The position numbers and the translations under genes are program-made. The notes below the pieces were generated by a model, which had not been told where the DNA came from, did not search any database, and saw only the letters and a list, made by a program, of their open reading frames with translations. A DNA stretch of 64,000 nt from an uncultured Clostridia bacterium. Its GTDB lineage: Bacteria > Bacillota > Clostridia > TANB77 > CAG-508. Positions 34,404 through 48,387 of the stretch are shown one piece after another (position 1 is the first letter of the stretch; each line of letters starts with the position of its first letter). The stretch is from NCBI GenBank assembly GCA_947630065.1, contig CANRGE010000001.1:88281-152280 (forward strand), written 5' to 3'.

Positions 34404-37280
34404 TCAATATTCAGTTGCACCTATATAACTTTCATTATCATCAGGAACTGTGTCAACTTTATAAAGTTCAGCATCTTCTACAAGGTTAAGATTCTCTGTT
34501 CCTTTAACCATCTTAGAGCCGTCATTTTCTTCTGTATTTTCTATAACATCATATTGAACAAAACGTATCATTACACCATCTTCAGGGCGAAGTACAGTCA
34601 TGTTCATATCGAAAACAGACGGGTCGCCATCAGCTTCTAATGTAATAGTCTGTTCAGTAGACATTTTAGCCATAGGTATAATAAACTGGAATTTCTGTTC
34701 TTCGCCTGTGTCTTTCATGCGAATTACAGTATCACCAACTACCTTATAAGTGCCGGGGAATTTGTCAGCAGAAATCTCAATAGTCTTTCCAAGAGATTGA
34801 CCTTCATATCCAACAGAACGAGTGAATTTTAAGTAAGATTCACCCTCTGCAATAGGTGTTCCATCAGGATAAGGCTACATAGTATTTCTATCTATATAAA
34901 CGGCACAAGGAGTCTTATCAGCTTCTGTGGGAGTTCCATTCTGGTTGCCAGCAGGAACTATAAAGCTTCTTGGCGCAATACAAGGTTCAGTTCTATCAAT
35001 TATTTTAGTTTCCTTGATTCCACTTCTAAAGTCTTTGCCATCATAACCACCGAATGCCGCGCTCATTGATGCAGGAGTGAATAAAGCATCTTGCATTGTT
35101 AAGGTAATTTCTCTACCATAGTCCCAACCAATTAAATTGGAGTTACCATGTCCACCAGTAGCATAAACTTCTTCGGCAGTTTGTTCAAGAGTAGAAATCT
35201 TTAATGTATCAAGGAACAATACGGGAGTATAACGATTGGTGGTTTTCATAATTTTACGAACTTTTAAGGATTTAACTACACAAGTAGCTTCAAAAGTTTC
35301 ATCATTAACAGTTACATCTGTAGTATGAATTAAACCTTTTTTAGTAATTATATCAGCTTCTTTATCATTTATAAAGCCTGAATTACTTACTAACCAACCA
35401 ATTCTTGAACCAGCATTTTCGCCATGACGATTTACAACAAACATTAAGCCTTTATTACCAATTATAACAAGTCCAAGCCATTCTACGCCTGCAAAAATCT
35501 TGTCTTGATAATAAACCTTATTTCCTTTCTTATCAGAGAAAGTAAAAATTCCGTCTGTATCAGTGCTTAATTTACGATAATTTCTGTTATGAAGTAGATA
35601 TAAGTGAGAACTTGCTGCCGCGGCGGCGTTAACAGTATCTACATAGATTGCTCTATTAGATGCTTTTCCGCTTGTTTCAACACTATCATCAGATTTTACA
35701 CCATAATCAACTTCTACTTCTTTACCAAGATAATCGTCAACAAGAGCTAAATTAGTTAAAGCTTCTAATACACTATCAAGGTTATATTTAGAAGTTATAT
35801 CAGTAGATGTTTCGCCGACTGTGTAAATGTAATCTGAACCAGTATCTTCCTCACCAACATTGGGAAGCTCTTGTCCAGTTACTTTATAACCACCATAAAG
35901 TTTTGAAATGCCGCTGTCTTTTGAAGTATCATCAGCATCAATTATTTTCTATTGCTGTCTAAGTGCATCAATAGCGTCATTGATTGAGTAATGCTCACCC
36001 TCGCCCCACATAGTAGCTCTTACAAGTGCCATATCAATTCCTTTACGTTCTTTGGCGAATTTTTCATATTCGTCTTTGCCAGTATTAGCAATAACCTTTT
36101 TAGCCTTATCATATTTAGTACCCAAGAATTTAGGATTATAGTAACCCATCTCATCTTCTACAACAAGTTCTGCATAAGTACCATAATCTATATCATAAGC
36201 TTTTGCTGTAAATGTTTCCTTTAGGTTTGCTATTTCTTCATTTATTAAGCTAATATCATAGTCTTGTTCAAACCAAGATGATGTACCTGTCATTGAGGCA
36301 TTTTCATCAGCATTTTCTGCAAGACCTAATACTACAACTCTTTCATTTGAATTTGCCGAAGTAGCATAAGTATCTTCAAATACTAAATTACCCATTAACT
36401 CATCAACATTATCAAAATGATAACGTGTACCAGTTTTTGAAAGTAGATTCTATCTCTTAGCAAATAACATGAAAGCCTATTCAGCATAGCTATATTCATG
36501 AGTTCCAATTTCTTTATCGGAATCAGCTTTACCATAATGACCAGGCTTATACACACCAGATACAAGCTCATCTTCATCAATGGACTTGTAAATTACATTA
36601 TTAAAGTGTGCAACAAATTTTACAGTGAAGTGCAAATTATAACCATTACTATTATCTTCACCTTCACCAGCCTTTTCAATGGTGTAAGTAATTTTTAATT
36701 CAGGTTTTGATTTAACTTCAAATTCACTATCAAGTTCATAATCTTCTAAATTACCAATGTCAAGTAATCTTTTTGTTACTATATCTCTTACAGTAAGTTG
36801 TTCAGAATATTCATCTACCGTGGCAGTCGGGTCAAGACTATCTCCGATTTTAAGTTCTTTTTCTAATTGCTCTTTTAATTTATTTTCACCATCATCAAAA
36901 GTGAGTTCAAAATCAATATTTTCTATACCACTTTCAATCGTTCCCTTAAAGGCTTCTTCTTCCTAACCTTTTCCAACTCCTTCAAAGGTAAACTTTTCAA
37001 CACCTGAATAAACAGCATTAGCTGTCAATTTATCATCACAATCATAATTTGTATGAGTAAGTATATCAGCATCTGTAAATACATAAGCTTCAAATCCTTC
37101 ATCTATACTTAAACCATCTTCCATAGGATAAACAGTTCTTAGCTCAACTGCGCCTCTTAAAACAGAGGAAACATTTATATGTCTCTATGATTCGTAAGCT
37201 TCTTCTTTCTTTTCAATTCGGTATATAGTAACATCTGCTACGTCTTTAATACCGAATTTTTCAAAGTAATTCTGATTCAT
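34404..37280 (-). CDS. Major tail (tube) protein, paralog 1, with large insertion (~958 aa)
   Basis: FGIKDVADVTIY...(long insert)...LFLDTLKISTLEQTAEEVYATGGHGNSNLIGWDYGREI...FPGTYKVVG...LEADGDPSVFDM. Very few TAG and followed by a terminator, consistent with high expression. Confidence 0.8.
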
Positions 37281-37292
37281 TTGTCAACCTCC

Positions 37293-38042
37293 TTATTCAT
37301 CATCGAGATTTTCACCCCAATATTTTGTCTTTATTTTCTTAGAATCCGCGCCCGCACATAACATAGCCATATCCATATCCCATTTTTCTTTAGCCTAATG
37401 CCTACGAATTAACTAATTCATACCATAAAAAGTTTCATTTCTATAATCAATTCCATAAACTGCGGCAATTTCTAAACGCTCTAATAATGTCTATGTTTTT
37501 CCATTTTTATTAGCCTATCTTCTTTTTGCCTGTGCAACTTTTTCTCGGTTAATACGCATCTTTCTCTCCCACGGCGTTTCGTCTTTAGGAATTTCAGAAG
37601 TAACCTCTTTGCAATTCTATATTTTTAATATATTTTGGAAGTCCTAAAAATTATCTACAGTTATAAGTCTGCGCTCTTCTGGTGCGCCCACTAAAATAGA
37701 GTTAATTTTTGGTAAAAACAATACTTCTTCTTTAATAAAAGTGTAAAAGGCTTTCTATAGGTCTAACAAAAAACCATCATTATACTCGGTACTTGCTAAT
37801 AAATAAAGAAGAGGATTTACTTGGTCTACTGACAATTCCTCGCCAGTTTTTTCTTTTATAATATCAATTATCTAAGTTTCATTAAGAAGTAATAAGCCAA
37901 GTTTAGAGTTATATGTTAATTCGCCCATTTCTATAATTTCTTTCATTTTTAATGGATAAATTTTACAAACATCTGACAACTAACTCGGCACACCTACAAA
38001 AGCCTAAGCTTTGATTTCTTTAATTCTATCAGCTGAAAGCAT
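37293..38042 (-). CDS. Putative tail assembly protein/chaperone
   Basis: 249 aa with TAG=Q: CKIYPLKMKEI...NFQDFQNILKIQN...CAGADSKKIKTKYW; lies next to the tail tube gene. Confidence 0.6.
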
Positions 38043-38535
38043 TGATTCTAAACCTCATGGAATAAGCTCCTATTTCTTCCGTTAAAGTTGATAAATCAAA
38101 ACCTAAATAATTGATTTCCCCTAAACCATTTATTCTCTTATCCTATAAACTTTTTCTTATTTCACTCATTATAGCAAAAGGTCTAATTGTGTCACCAGTT
38201 ATTAACCATTCCTTAAATGGGCAATAAACAACAATATTAAGGACAATATTTTCATTATCACTATTTGATGTAATATCACTACCAGAAAAAATGATAACAA
38301 TTTTAGATTTAGTATTTTGTTCTTCTGCTGTTACAAGTGGCACAATACGAATCAATTTATTTAATAGAGAAATTCCATTTATTTGTTCAGGGTGTTTTTC
38401 TTTGTTAAGGGGGTCTAAATCTGTATTATCTAAAAGCATAACTAAATTTTCATTCTAAGTTAATCTTTTTGCAATTTTTAATAGATTAGTACCTAATTCC
38501 TATCCATATTTAACTTTAGAACAATCTAAATCCAT
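38029..38535 (-). CDS. Putative tail completion/terminator protein
   Basis: Extends fragment 38143-38439 through TAG in both directions; head-tail block position. Confidence 0.55.
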
Positions 38536-38546
38536 AGCTTCACCCC

Positions 38547-39275
38547 TTAACGATTGTTAAGGAAAAAGTTTATATCTTCCCCAACTAATATATCTTCAGA
38601 AGAACGCGGCTCTTCTTCGGTTAATAATTTATTACCAATATAACAATATGCAACATTTGGAATAGAAATTCCATTATCAGAACCCATAATTTCCCAACCT
38701 TTATTCATATATTCAAAATAAATGCCTTTAGTTAAAAAGTCAAAATTCTATGTAATAAAAGAACGATTACCAGAAGGTTCTCGATAACCTAAACCAGTCG
38801 TAATAATACTATCTACAGTAAAAGTTCCAGTTGCATTAACAAATTTAACAGGAATAGAATATAAAGTGTCGCCATATTCATTTGTGATGTTAATTTTAGA
38901 GTCTAAACAAATTAACTTAAATAACTAATAACCTTTTGTTAAATTTTCTTCTTTGAAAATTACAAGATAAATTTTTTCTATTTCTTTATCTTTAATTTTC
39001 TAATCTATAGTTAAAATGTCACCAGTATTCAAAGCCGCAGAGCTGGTTGACATCAGTAAATTACTTATAATCTAACTTTCAGACCATTTATTAGGCTGAA
39101 GCGAACAAATATCGTTTCTTGCTTCATTATTAACAGAAGTTAATTTAACCTAATACATACTTCTTTTAAGAAAAATTTCATTAAATTCTCTTTCTTTCTT
39201 GGTCTTAATTCTATCCTGTCTTGTTGTACCATCTTTATTTATTCTTTTCAAATACACATCTGAATAATAACTCAT
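38547..39275 (-). CDS. Putative head closure/connector protein
   Basis: MSYYSDVYLKRINKDGTTRQDRIKTKKEREF...; open with TAG=Q; ATG overlaps the upstream TGA. Confidence 0.6.
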
Positions 39276-39550
39276 ATTACATCTATCCTAAGTGTATCAA
39301 AAAGATTCATACATTCAAAAATTGTTTTCCTATAGTATTTAAAGGATAAATAGCGGCAAGCAGATAATTTTGAATAAAGAGTGTAATATTCTATTGTTTT
39401 ACTATTATCTGAATAACCACTTAATTCTATCAAAATTGTATCTAAAAATTTTTCCCATTCACCATCTTTTTCTCTCTCTCTAAGAAGTCCATAAAGTTTC
39501 TTTTTCATTTTATCCTTATAGGCTTCTTTTACAATTTCTTGCTAATTCAT
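39272..39550 (-). CDS. Small hypothetical protein of the head-tail block
   Basis: MNQQEIVKEAYKDKMKKKLYGLL...YYRKTIFECM; ATGA overlaps at both ends. Confidence 0.7.
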
Positions 39551-40014
39551 GTAATTTTTCTACCCGTTCTGCCGCCTGCTAAATTACCATAGTTAAATGG
39601 CTATCTATTAACAGACCTATAATATAATCTCTCTAAAGTTTTTGCTTCATTAACAACTTGGTCTTTGAGAGAAATAAAACTTTTTAATAAATTAGCTTGG
39701 GAAAAATCTTTTTCATCATACTACGTTTTAATGTTCTCCCATGAATCTATAGTACGTTTAATCCATTCAGCTTTCATAAATGTGGCTAAAACCTAAATTT
39801 CTGCTTGACCCATGGAATTATCTACAAAACATTCTTTTTCTTCATCTATATCAAGACTACATCTTGGAAATTTGAACTACGAAAGAGCTATGTTTAGAAT
39901 CGCCCGCCAATCTTTAAGAAACCATTCTAAATCTTCTTCATTATAACCAGTAGACCACTCATCTTCGTTAATTCTACTTAAAAAAGCGTCATAAACATCT
40001 AATAAAGTAGTCAT
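39547..40014 (-). CDS. Putative head-to-tail adaptor
   Basis: MTTLLDVYDAFLSRI...FKFPR...EIQVLATFMKAEW...DFSQANLL; position after MCP. Confidence 0.65.
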
Positions 40015-40018
40015 TAAA

Positions 40019-40546
40019 TCACCTTATATCAATCTGGTTTCTTTTTTCCTGTTCTTTTCTTTTTTTATCAGCTTCTTCCATTTCTGCTCTTTGTGAAATA
40101 GATTTCAATATATCTTTCCCCGTTAATTCTTTAAGCCACTCGCATTTTTCCATGTCTACTATTTTATTAGTAATTGCATAACTAATAAGACTATCAACCT
40201 AAACTTTTGTAAGATTACTTACTTCTTTCTTAAAAACAGGAAAAGGAATATTTTTCCAATAATTTTCCATTTTTGTAACATCAAGTTGTATTATATTAAC
40301 AGGCTCAACAGCATCAGCTGGTTCAAGTCCTAAATCAATTTTATCCTATAAATTATCAATATAAAGAATACCAGATTCAAACATATTACGGATTCCTGCG
40401 TCCCAAATAGCCTATTCAAGCAAAGAAAAAGGTATTTTTCTTGGTTGATTAAAAGTACTCCATTTAAGATTTATACCATATTCAGGTTTTTTAATACTGA
40501 TGTTACCTCTAACCATATTCCTTATTTCAACCATTCTATCTGTCAT
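40019..40546 (-). CDS. Hypothetical structural-block protein
   Basis: 175 aa open with TAG=Q; strong AGGAGGAG RBS. Confidence 0.7.
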
Positions 40547-40591
40547 TAAAAACTCCTCCTTTTAACTCACAATATTTATTATTGCCGAAAT

Positions 40592-40636
40592 AGAAAAATG
40601 GTAAGTGAGTTTTACTCACTCACCACTTCTTTTTAT
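40592..40636 (-). terminator. Probable terminator after MCP
   Basis: Imperfect hairpin tggt-g-agtgagt-aaa-actcact-t-acca followed by TTTTT on the minus strand. Confidence 0.65.
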
Positions 40637-40641
40637 ATATA

Positions 40642-41772
40642 TTAAGTAGCTTCGTATTCTGTAGGATATTTAGTAGGATATTTGTCAGCGTCTTGTAAAT
40701 CAGTATTTACATATACACACCAATCATAGTTAGTAAGTATAGCAACGCCAACTTTTTGCTGAACTTCTACTTCAAAACTTCTATCTCTGTGCTGCCAATC
40801 ATCAACTTGAACGCCACCCTCAAATACTATCTTAACAGGCTTATTACCATTGTTGGGGAATATATAAGCAACAGCAGGATTAGTTACAGTAGTTTCATTT
40901 GTTTCATCAGTATAAGATTGCGGAATCTCTACTATAGGACTGCCACGGAATGTTCTTATACGTCCATAAGCAGCAATTTCCTCTATATTACGAGGGTTAT
41001 AAACAGGAGTTGCATAGCCAGGTGCAGAACCAGCAGTAGGACTATTAGTTAGTGCATAAGTACCATAAATAGGTGCGCCAATAGCATCTGCACCCATTGC
41101 GGCAACAAATTCAGGAGCGGCAAAAATGGTAACACCATTGCCATAAGAGCCTGCAACACGACAAGCCTGTGCCATTAAATCTGCGTCAAAACCAGCAGAA
41201 ATATAACGGTTGTTTTCAGGTCTATCTTCTGCATTTACAGAAGCAAGTAAAGCTTTCTGAATTTCGCCGTAGAGTGCTTCTTGCAAGCCCTCTAAAAGAA
41301 TTTCAGTAGATTCAGCTATATCTTCTTCACCACGAATATAACGGTCATAATCTATATAAGCTGCACCGCCAATTGCATGACCACCAACTTCAAAGGTGTT
41401 GACATCAAGTCTAAAAGATTCATAAGCACCATTTAGACCAATTTCAGTTATAAATTGTTTAGCACGTCTACGACCTGTTTTTACTACAAATTGTGCTTTC
41501 TAACCATCAGGAACTGTTTTTATTTCTGCAAAAGTTCCCATAAAGGCTTCTACCTATTTAGGAAGAATTTCAGTATAAGCTTCTTGCATTATTTCAAAAA
41601 GGTCGTACTTATTTCTACGATAAGATGCATAGTCACTTGCTATTTTATGAATTTCTTCACTAAGTGCATTTTTTATGTCCGTATTACTGTATTTAGTCGG
41701 GTCTGGATTACGACCATAGAAAGAACATACAACTAAATCTTTTACTGCTTTTATATCTATATTATCGTTCAT
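40642..41772 (-). CDS. Major capsid protein (376 aa)
   Basis: Fragments 41554-41772 and 40642-41286 share a frame, with only two TAG seen. LFEIMQE...FAEIKTV..G.KAQF...YESFRLD...KPVKIVFEG; follows scaffold and decoration genes; downstream terminator. Confidence 0.85.
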
Positions 41773-41796
41773 TGTGTCTACCTCCTTTCCCTAAAA

Positions 41797-42459
41797 TTAA
41801 GCCACAGGCTTTTCAATAAACATTATTTTGAATGAAAGGGTTGTATCTGCGTTTGTATATACCTAAGTTACTACTCCATATACATTGCCGATTGCCTCTG
41901 ACGGGTCTCCACCAATAACAAGCTTGCCCTTAGAATCATTAGTTACTACTGCATATATAGGCGTATCAGAATTTTCTTTTAACTTTTTCTTTACATTCTG
42001 CCATACTTCAACAGAGGGCGAAACTTTTCCACTACTTGTAGGCTTTAAATCACCAGCATCGTCATACATAACAGTATTAGTACAAATTCTCATACCAGGC
42101 TCAACAAAACCTATACGGGGTAGATATTCACCACAAATCATGCAGAAGTTTCTACGTCCAGGTGTAAATTGATTATAAATTTTTTCAGTTGAGTAGTTAA
42201 TACCCATTTTATAACCTTTATCACATAATTCTTTAGTAGGAATAGTAACAATTCCCTAATCTTTTACAACTACTAAAAATGCACCATTTTCAGCATAAAT
42301 TTTTTCTGCTTCTGCTTCTGCGGAAGTCATAGGAAAATTAGCAGCGAACTTAGTGGGGTCAAGGCGGCATTGTGCCTCAATCATACCCGCTCTATTAAAC
42401 CATACCTGACTGGGTTCAATCTAACCAAAGCCTTTGCAATCAAATTCTTTAAGTGCCAT
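41797..42459 (-). CDS. Putative capsid decoration/cement protein
   Basis: MALKEFDCKGFGQIEPSQVWFNRAGMIEAQC...AENGAFL...YSTEKIY...PRIG; directly upstream of MCP. Confidence 0.65.
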
Positions 42460-44096
42460 TAATAATTACCTCCTTGTCTCTTTTTGTAATTATATAATAT
42501 CTTCTCTGCACCATTCATCGGCTCATTTTTATCAGAACCTAAATCAGTGCTAATCTTGTGGTAGAAATTAGTTTCAGTATCTTTTCTACTAAAGATAGAA
42601 GGACTATTATCATATGCAGCTGTACAAACTTCTTTCCTAAAATCTTCTACACTATATTTATCTATATCGGATTTAAAAGTTTCGATACTATTATCACTTA
42701 AAAACTATGAAAATTCATTAAGAATAGAAGTTTTTTGTTCAGTTTCAATATTTTTCTTGAAACCATTAAGTTTTTCGTTCTCTATATTAAGGTGTTGTAT
42801 TTGAGCCTCTAATACAGTTTTTTCCTACTTTAATTGTTCAATTTCGTTAGCAAATGATTCTTTTTCAGCCTCTGTTTCAGATTCAGCACCTTCCGCCACA
42901 GCCGTATCTTCTACAGATTCAACTGTTTCAACATCAGTCGCAGTGCCATTATCTGCCACTACGTCACTATTTTCTTCAATGACAGTTTCTTGTTCTTCCA
43001 CTTCGGCACAATCATTTTCTACATTTTCAAAACTATCTAATTGCTCTTTTATTTTATTAAAAGATTCAACTATAGATTCATAAGTAATACCAATGTTACT
43101 ATTTAAAAATTCATATTCACTTTCAGTAACATCAATCAATTTTACTTTTTCCGTTTTATCAACTTTTACTTCATCGTTATCCTTAGAATAATATACTCTA
43201 TAATATTCATTATCCTTAACGTTATAGCAAAGAGCATAATTATCATATATTTTGTCTAACTGATAATTGTAATTCCAGTTTTCAATACCATCATATTCAG
43301 GATTTAAAATTCTAAAAATTTTATATTCTATTTCACCAAAAGAAAGTTTAAATAAATCCTTTTCCATTGATATATCCTCCTCCTTTTTGCTAAAATTCTT
43401 TACATTATCTATTAAAAATTGCAAATCTTTTTTCAAACTATAAAAAGCTGCACCTTCAAAACAAGGTTCTGTTTCCATTCCAAGAACCTATAATCCAATA
43501 AGGCAGCCATTTAAAAAATGGTAATAAGGTTTGCCATCTTCCCAAATACGCCATTCGCCAACTAAAGAATCTCTATAAATTTCCATTGATTGAGGTTGTC
43601 CAGGAATTAACTTTGCCTCTGGATATAAACCAGTATAGTATAAAACGTCTGCACAAGCATAAGTTCTAACCACACCATCAGTATCAAGATAATCCTCCCA
43701 AGCAAAATTAGGTTCAGCCATTACTAAACCATAAATACGCCCGTCTGTATTATCTTCGCCGTGGTCTGAATAATCTGTTTCTTCTTCATTAAAAATTCCT
43801 TTAACAGGAGTATAAGGTAAAGATGCAATAAGCTAATTAGCAAAATCATCTGATATATAAGTACGATTTCTATTAAAACCAGTATAGAAAATTCTTACTC
43901 TACCTTTAGACATAACCTCATTTATAGGCTCTAATTCGCTACAAAGCGTTACTTCTAATTCAACAGGCGGCGTTTTTTCATCATCAGAATCCTCAATTTG
44001 CTAAGAAAATAATTCAGATATTTTAGCAAAGGATTTTGCAGCTTCTTCAATAATTTTTTCTGAAGCTTCCTAAAAAATTTTTGTTGAAGAGGTCAC
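42459..44096 (-). CDS. Prohead protease / scaffold fusion (putative)
   Basis: RVRIFYTGFNRNRTYIS...SLPYTPVKG...QSMEI...LGMETEPCFEGA, then an acidic coiled C-terminus; lies between portal and MCP. Confidence 0.72.
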
Positions 44097-45598
44097 TCAT
44101 TTTTCACCTCTGTTTCATCAGTATTTTCAGATTCCTAAGCTGATTCTTGGGAATCCTGTTCAGTCTATCTATCCTATCCATCAGAACTCTATCCTTTAGT
44201 TTCACCCATTGGCTCACCTGATTTTTTACCTGACTATGTATAAGAAGATTGTAGAGGTTTAAGAATTTCATCAAGTTCAAGTAAATCATTTTCTAACATT
44301 TTGAGATTAGAAAGATTTGTCTGGTCTAAACCAGTTGATAGAATAGGAGTCAAGAAACTATAGCCTAATGTAGCTAAATCTCTTGCACGAGTAGTATAAT
44401 CTGAACTATTATAATAACTAAGTGGTAAAATTATAAGTTTAAATCTAACTTTTTTATTTTCAAACTTATAATTTAATAAAGTAGTAAAGAAATGTGCAAA
44501 TCTAAGTCCAAGAATCATTGTTAAGGCAATATCATTATTAGTAGAATAAGCAAGTCCAGCTTCTGTTGTTGAAAAGAAAAATTCTTTTGACATGCCCGCA
44601 GATTCATAAATCAAATTCTGAACATCAGTAACCTCTGTCTTTTCATCATCTGAACTACTTAGGTCTAATAGGTCAATATTACAATAAGTAGTTAATACAT
44701 CAATGTCAGGATTATCAACAAGCATTTCTAATGCGCCGTTATGCATTAGTTCAGCCTCATCTGGTTCAAAAACCAAATCCAGTCCTTCTGTGCCGACTTT
44801 CTAAACTAAAATTCGTTTTAATGCTTGTAAATTTCTTTGTTTATCAATGTCCTTATAATCATCAAGGTCATCTAATAGTGGAATCAAATCTAAGAAAAAC
44901 GGCTTTTCTTCAAAATATGAAAAATAAATTCCTTGCTCCGCTGGCAAAAAAATCCATTTCTTACCTTTGTCACTTATATAAGACTTATATGCTTTCTAAA
45001 TAAATTTAGGATATGTTTTAAGAATTTCTTCTCTAATATCATCATCTCTAATTTTTTTGAAGAAGTCTAAATTAAATTCTACAATATCAACATCTTGCGC
45101 GTTCTTAAAACGGCTGCGGCAATAATCAAAAGGTAAATCCTAAATTACTACATTATCACCATCTTCAATTATTAGACCATAATATGCTCCTTTTGTAAAA
45201 ACTTCTTTGGCAAAAAGCGCACATTTTCTCTCTATCTAAAAAGTAGTACAAAAGTCAGAGGCATTATAATATGTTTGCGCTATCTTTTTATCTGAAATAA
45301 CATCTTTTCTATTTTTAAGATAAGGTACAAGAATCCAAGAGTAAGTTAAAAAAGTTGAATAATGTAATATAATTCTCTTATATAAACCATTAGTTTGAAA
45401 GAAGAACTCACTTAATGCCGCTCTCTCTATTGGATTTCCTTGTGACACTATCTAAACTATTTCATCTTTACTGTAAACTTTTTGTTTAGAGGAGAAAAAC
45501 TTACCATCAGTTTTTCTATAAGCATCTTCTGATGTTGCTATCATTTTTTGTAAAGCCGATTTGAATTTACTAATTCTTTCCAAATCTTTATTATCCAA
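44093..45598 (-). CDS. Portal protein (~501 aa)
   Basis: TTG start; SEFFFQTNGLYKRII...LPFDYCRSRF...PLQSSYTQSG; directly after TerL and of typical size. Confidence 0.78.
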
Positions 45599-47404
45599 TT
45601 ATTGTCCACCTCCCGTTCTATAAAAAGTAAGCTAACGTCTTTCTAAACCTCTATTGCGGCGGCGGCTTGTTTGTTCTTGTTCCATTAAAGAGATAACATA
45701 AACACCCATTTCAAGTGACGAAAACTTATCCTTTGTCATTCTCTTATTTATAGGTTCTACTGCTATTAAATTATTAGCTCCCGCTGGTTTAGTTCTTAAA
45801 TTCATAAGCTCATCAATTAAGTAACTTGTAAGTTGATGAGGTACAAGTCTTTGACTTCTATCTTCTATTTTCATTCGCTATCCTGTTTTTGTTGCCATTA
45901 TTTTTTCATAAGCACTTTTTTCGGTTATTAAAAAATCCATTCTTCCTGTGTCAATTTTTGCATATAATTTTGAGTGCATTTCACTGTTAATTTGCACCGT
46001 TGCTTTAATACCAAAAAGAATTTTTGGCGCATCTTTAGGCTAAATTTTTAAATATTCATCTCTATTTATAAAGCCATAAGCAGGATAAGTAATACCTGTG
46101 GCATAATCATAAGTAGGCTTAATCATTTCATCAGCCATAAAAATTCCAAGACCATTTATATCAAGGGCAACTTGACGAGGATTAAACTATTTTATTAATT
46201 TTTTGAGTTCTATGACTTGTTTGCCAAGGACTTTTTCATTTTCTGTTTTTCCTAAAACATATAAGTTGACTAATTTAATTTTAAAATTGCCATCATCTTT
46301 TGGATAAACTTTTAGGGCAGTACATACGGTCTAACAACCTCGCCGCGCTACGTCAACTGAAAGTACATAAAAATAATCTGCATTTTCACTAAAACGTGCC
46401 TAATTTTCAGGATTTACAATTTTTCTATGTGCCATTATTCTTTCATAGTTAAACCAAGAATCTGATGACATTCCTACGAAACGGCTCATATATTCACGTG
46501 CAAAATCTGCCTCATTAAAAGTCTATGAAGCTTTTAACTCATTTATAAAATCAGGCGGCAAAAGCCCACATTCAACAGGCAATCTATAATCACAACCCAT
46601 TATGAAAAATTTATTGGGATTTATTATTGCCATTTCCAATAATTCAATAGTTTTGTCATAAGCATAACTGTTTTTATCAGAAGCTGACGTAATCCAAATC
46701 TAAACCTGATGTGGTTCATTTTCATTAAGAAGTCCATTTGCCATTTTACGAGAAACATTCAACAGCGGCAAAACAATAGAGTTTATATCATCAGGCACAT
46801 GGTCACGGAACTCATCTATTATGCCGCCTCCGCGTCTACCACCACGCTAAGAACCTAAAGGACTTACGACATCAAATTTACTACCATTTCTAAAAGATAA
46901 ACTAACATAATCAACGCCATATGCACCATCGCCTATAAGTTCTTTTTTAAGTAAGGGAAAAATATCATAAATTTCAAATAATTTTTCTTTTGCTATTTTT
47001 GCTGATTGTGCTTTACCAGGCGCACAAATAAACACTTTAATGCCAGGTCTAAAAATGCACATTAAAAACATTCCTAAGATTGAAATAAAAGATTTAGAAA
47101 AAGCACGGGGCGCAATAGTACAAATACGACCATGGCGCAATATGGCTCTTAAAAAAATTCTCTAATAAAAAAATAGTTTGAAATGGGAATAACTGGGAGT
47201 AATTAGGTCAATAAAGCAATCAGGATAACAAATCCAATAGTTACATATCTATTCATACAATTCTCTATTGTCTTTAATACGTTGTTCTGTGATTAGTGCG
47301 CCTTTTTCAAGTTCAATACCATCTTTATAATATTTTTTTGTAGCTTGTTTAACAACATAATGAAGAGAATTAAGAATTGAGTTAGGCATATTTATTTTTT
47401 CCAT
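45599..47404 (-). CDS. terL: Terminase large subunit (601 aa)
   Basis: Q-motif LFFYQRIFLR (Q encoded by TAG), Walker A APRAFSKS, Walker B GIIDEFRD, nuclease SVDVAR...KDKFSS. Confidence 0.92.
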
Positions 47405-47413
47405 TGTTACACC

Positions 47414-48352
47414 TTAATCTATGTTAAGCCTAAATTCTTCTTTCTCTTCATCATCTTGCTCAACTTCCTAATATCTTCTAAATTCCTACTCATCAAAATT
47501 TTCTCCCTCTATTTGTGCCGCGATGGATAAATTCTTAATTCTTTGTTCTATTTCTTCGGCTACTCCAGATTCATTTACATATAAATAGCGCAACCAATTT
47601 TTTATATTTTTAATAGTAAAATCAACTTCATCTCTATTAACATCATCATAATATTTAAATTTTGTTCCTATTTTTTCCAAATAAGCTATAACCTCTCCTG
47701 CTGAATCAAATTCCTAAGCGTCTTTAATATTTTTAGAGGTTAAATTAGAAAGCTTAGCTAAACTATCATAGGATTGTAAATCTCTTGAAAAGTCTGTACC
47801 TGTTCTAATTTTATTTTCAATTATAAGAGAAATCTTACAAAGTTTAAGAGCCTAATCTTCATTTAATGCTCCGACTATATTTTGAGATTCAACTAAGCCT
47901 TTATGCAAATTTTCTAAATATTCTAATTCACTATCATCATATGATTCTCCCCATTTTCTAATTAAAAATCTATGTTGTCTTTCTTTTTCTGCTGGCAAAG
48001 CATCTTCAACTCTATTTTCTTCATCTAATGTTAAATAAACATCATTATATTGTTGCCAATCCAATGTTTCATATGATTTTTCTCTAAAAATTGCGGCGTA
48101 AACACCAAAAGCATCTTTACCATTTCCTTTATAAATTTTATGCCATTCCTCTGGAACAAAAGGAATGTCAGCCCATTGACAAATCTTATTAACTGTATTC
48201 CATTTTTCATTTTCAGGAGTCTATGAAATAATACTTGCAATACACTCACGGCATATTGGCAATGCGCCGCGATGTATTATTGACTATTTACAAGCTATGT
48301 AATGCGCCGCAGTTTTATCTTGTCCACACCTTTCACAACGTCTAAGAGCCAT
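47414..48352 (-). CDS. Putative terminase small subunit with N-terminal Zn-finger
   Basis: CERC...PICREC...CQWADIPF...KWGESY..ELEYLE; immediately upstream of TerL. Confidence 0.6.
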
Positions 48353-48387
48353 TTAATCACCTCACATCTTTGGCGGCGAAGGTAATA

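Noticed and set aside
14341-44731. Plus-strand ORFs in the track (14341, 16106, 16520, 17912, 18496, 19661, 32196, 35991, 40756, 41885, 44731 and similar)
   Set aside because: They are antisense shadows of long minus-strand genes, with no RBS and no recognisable motifs.
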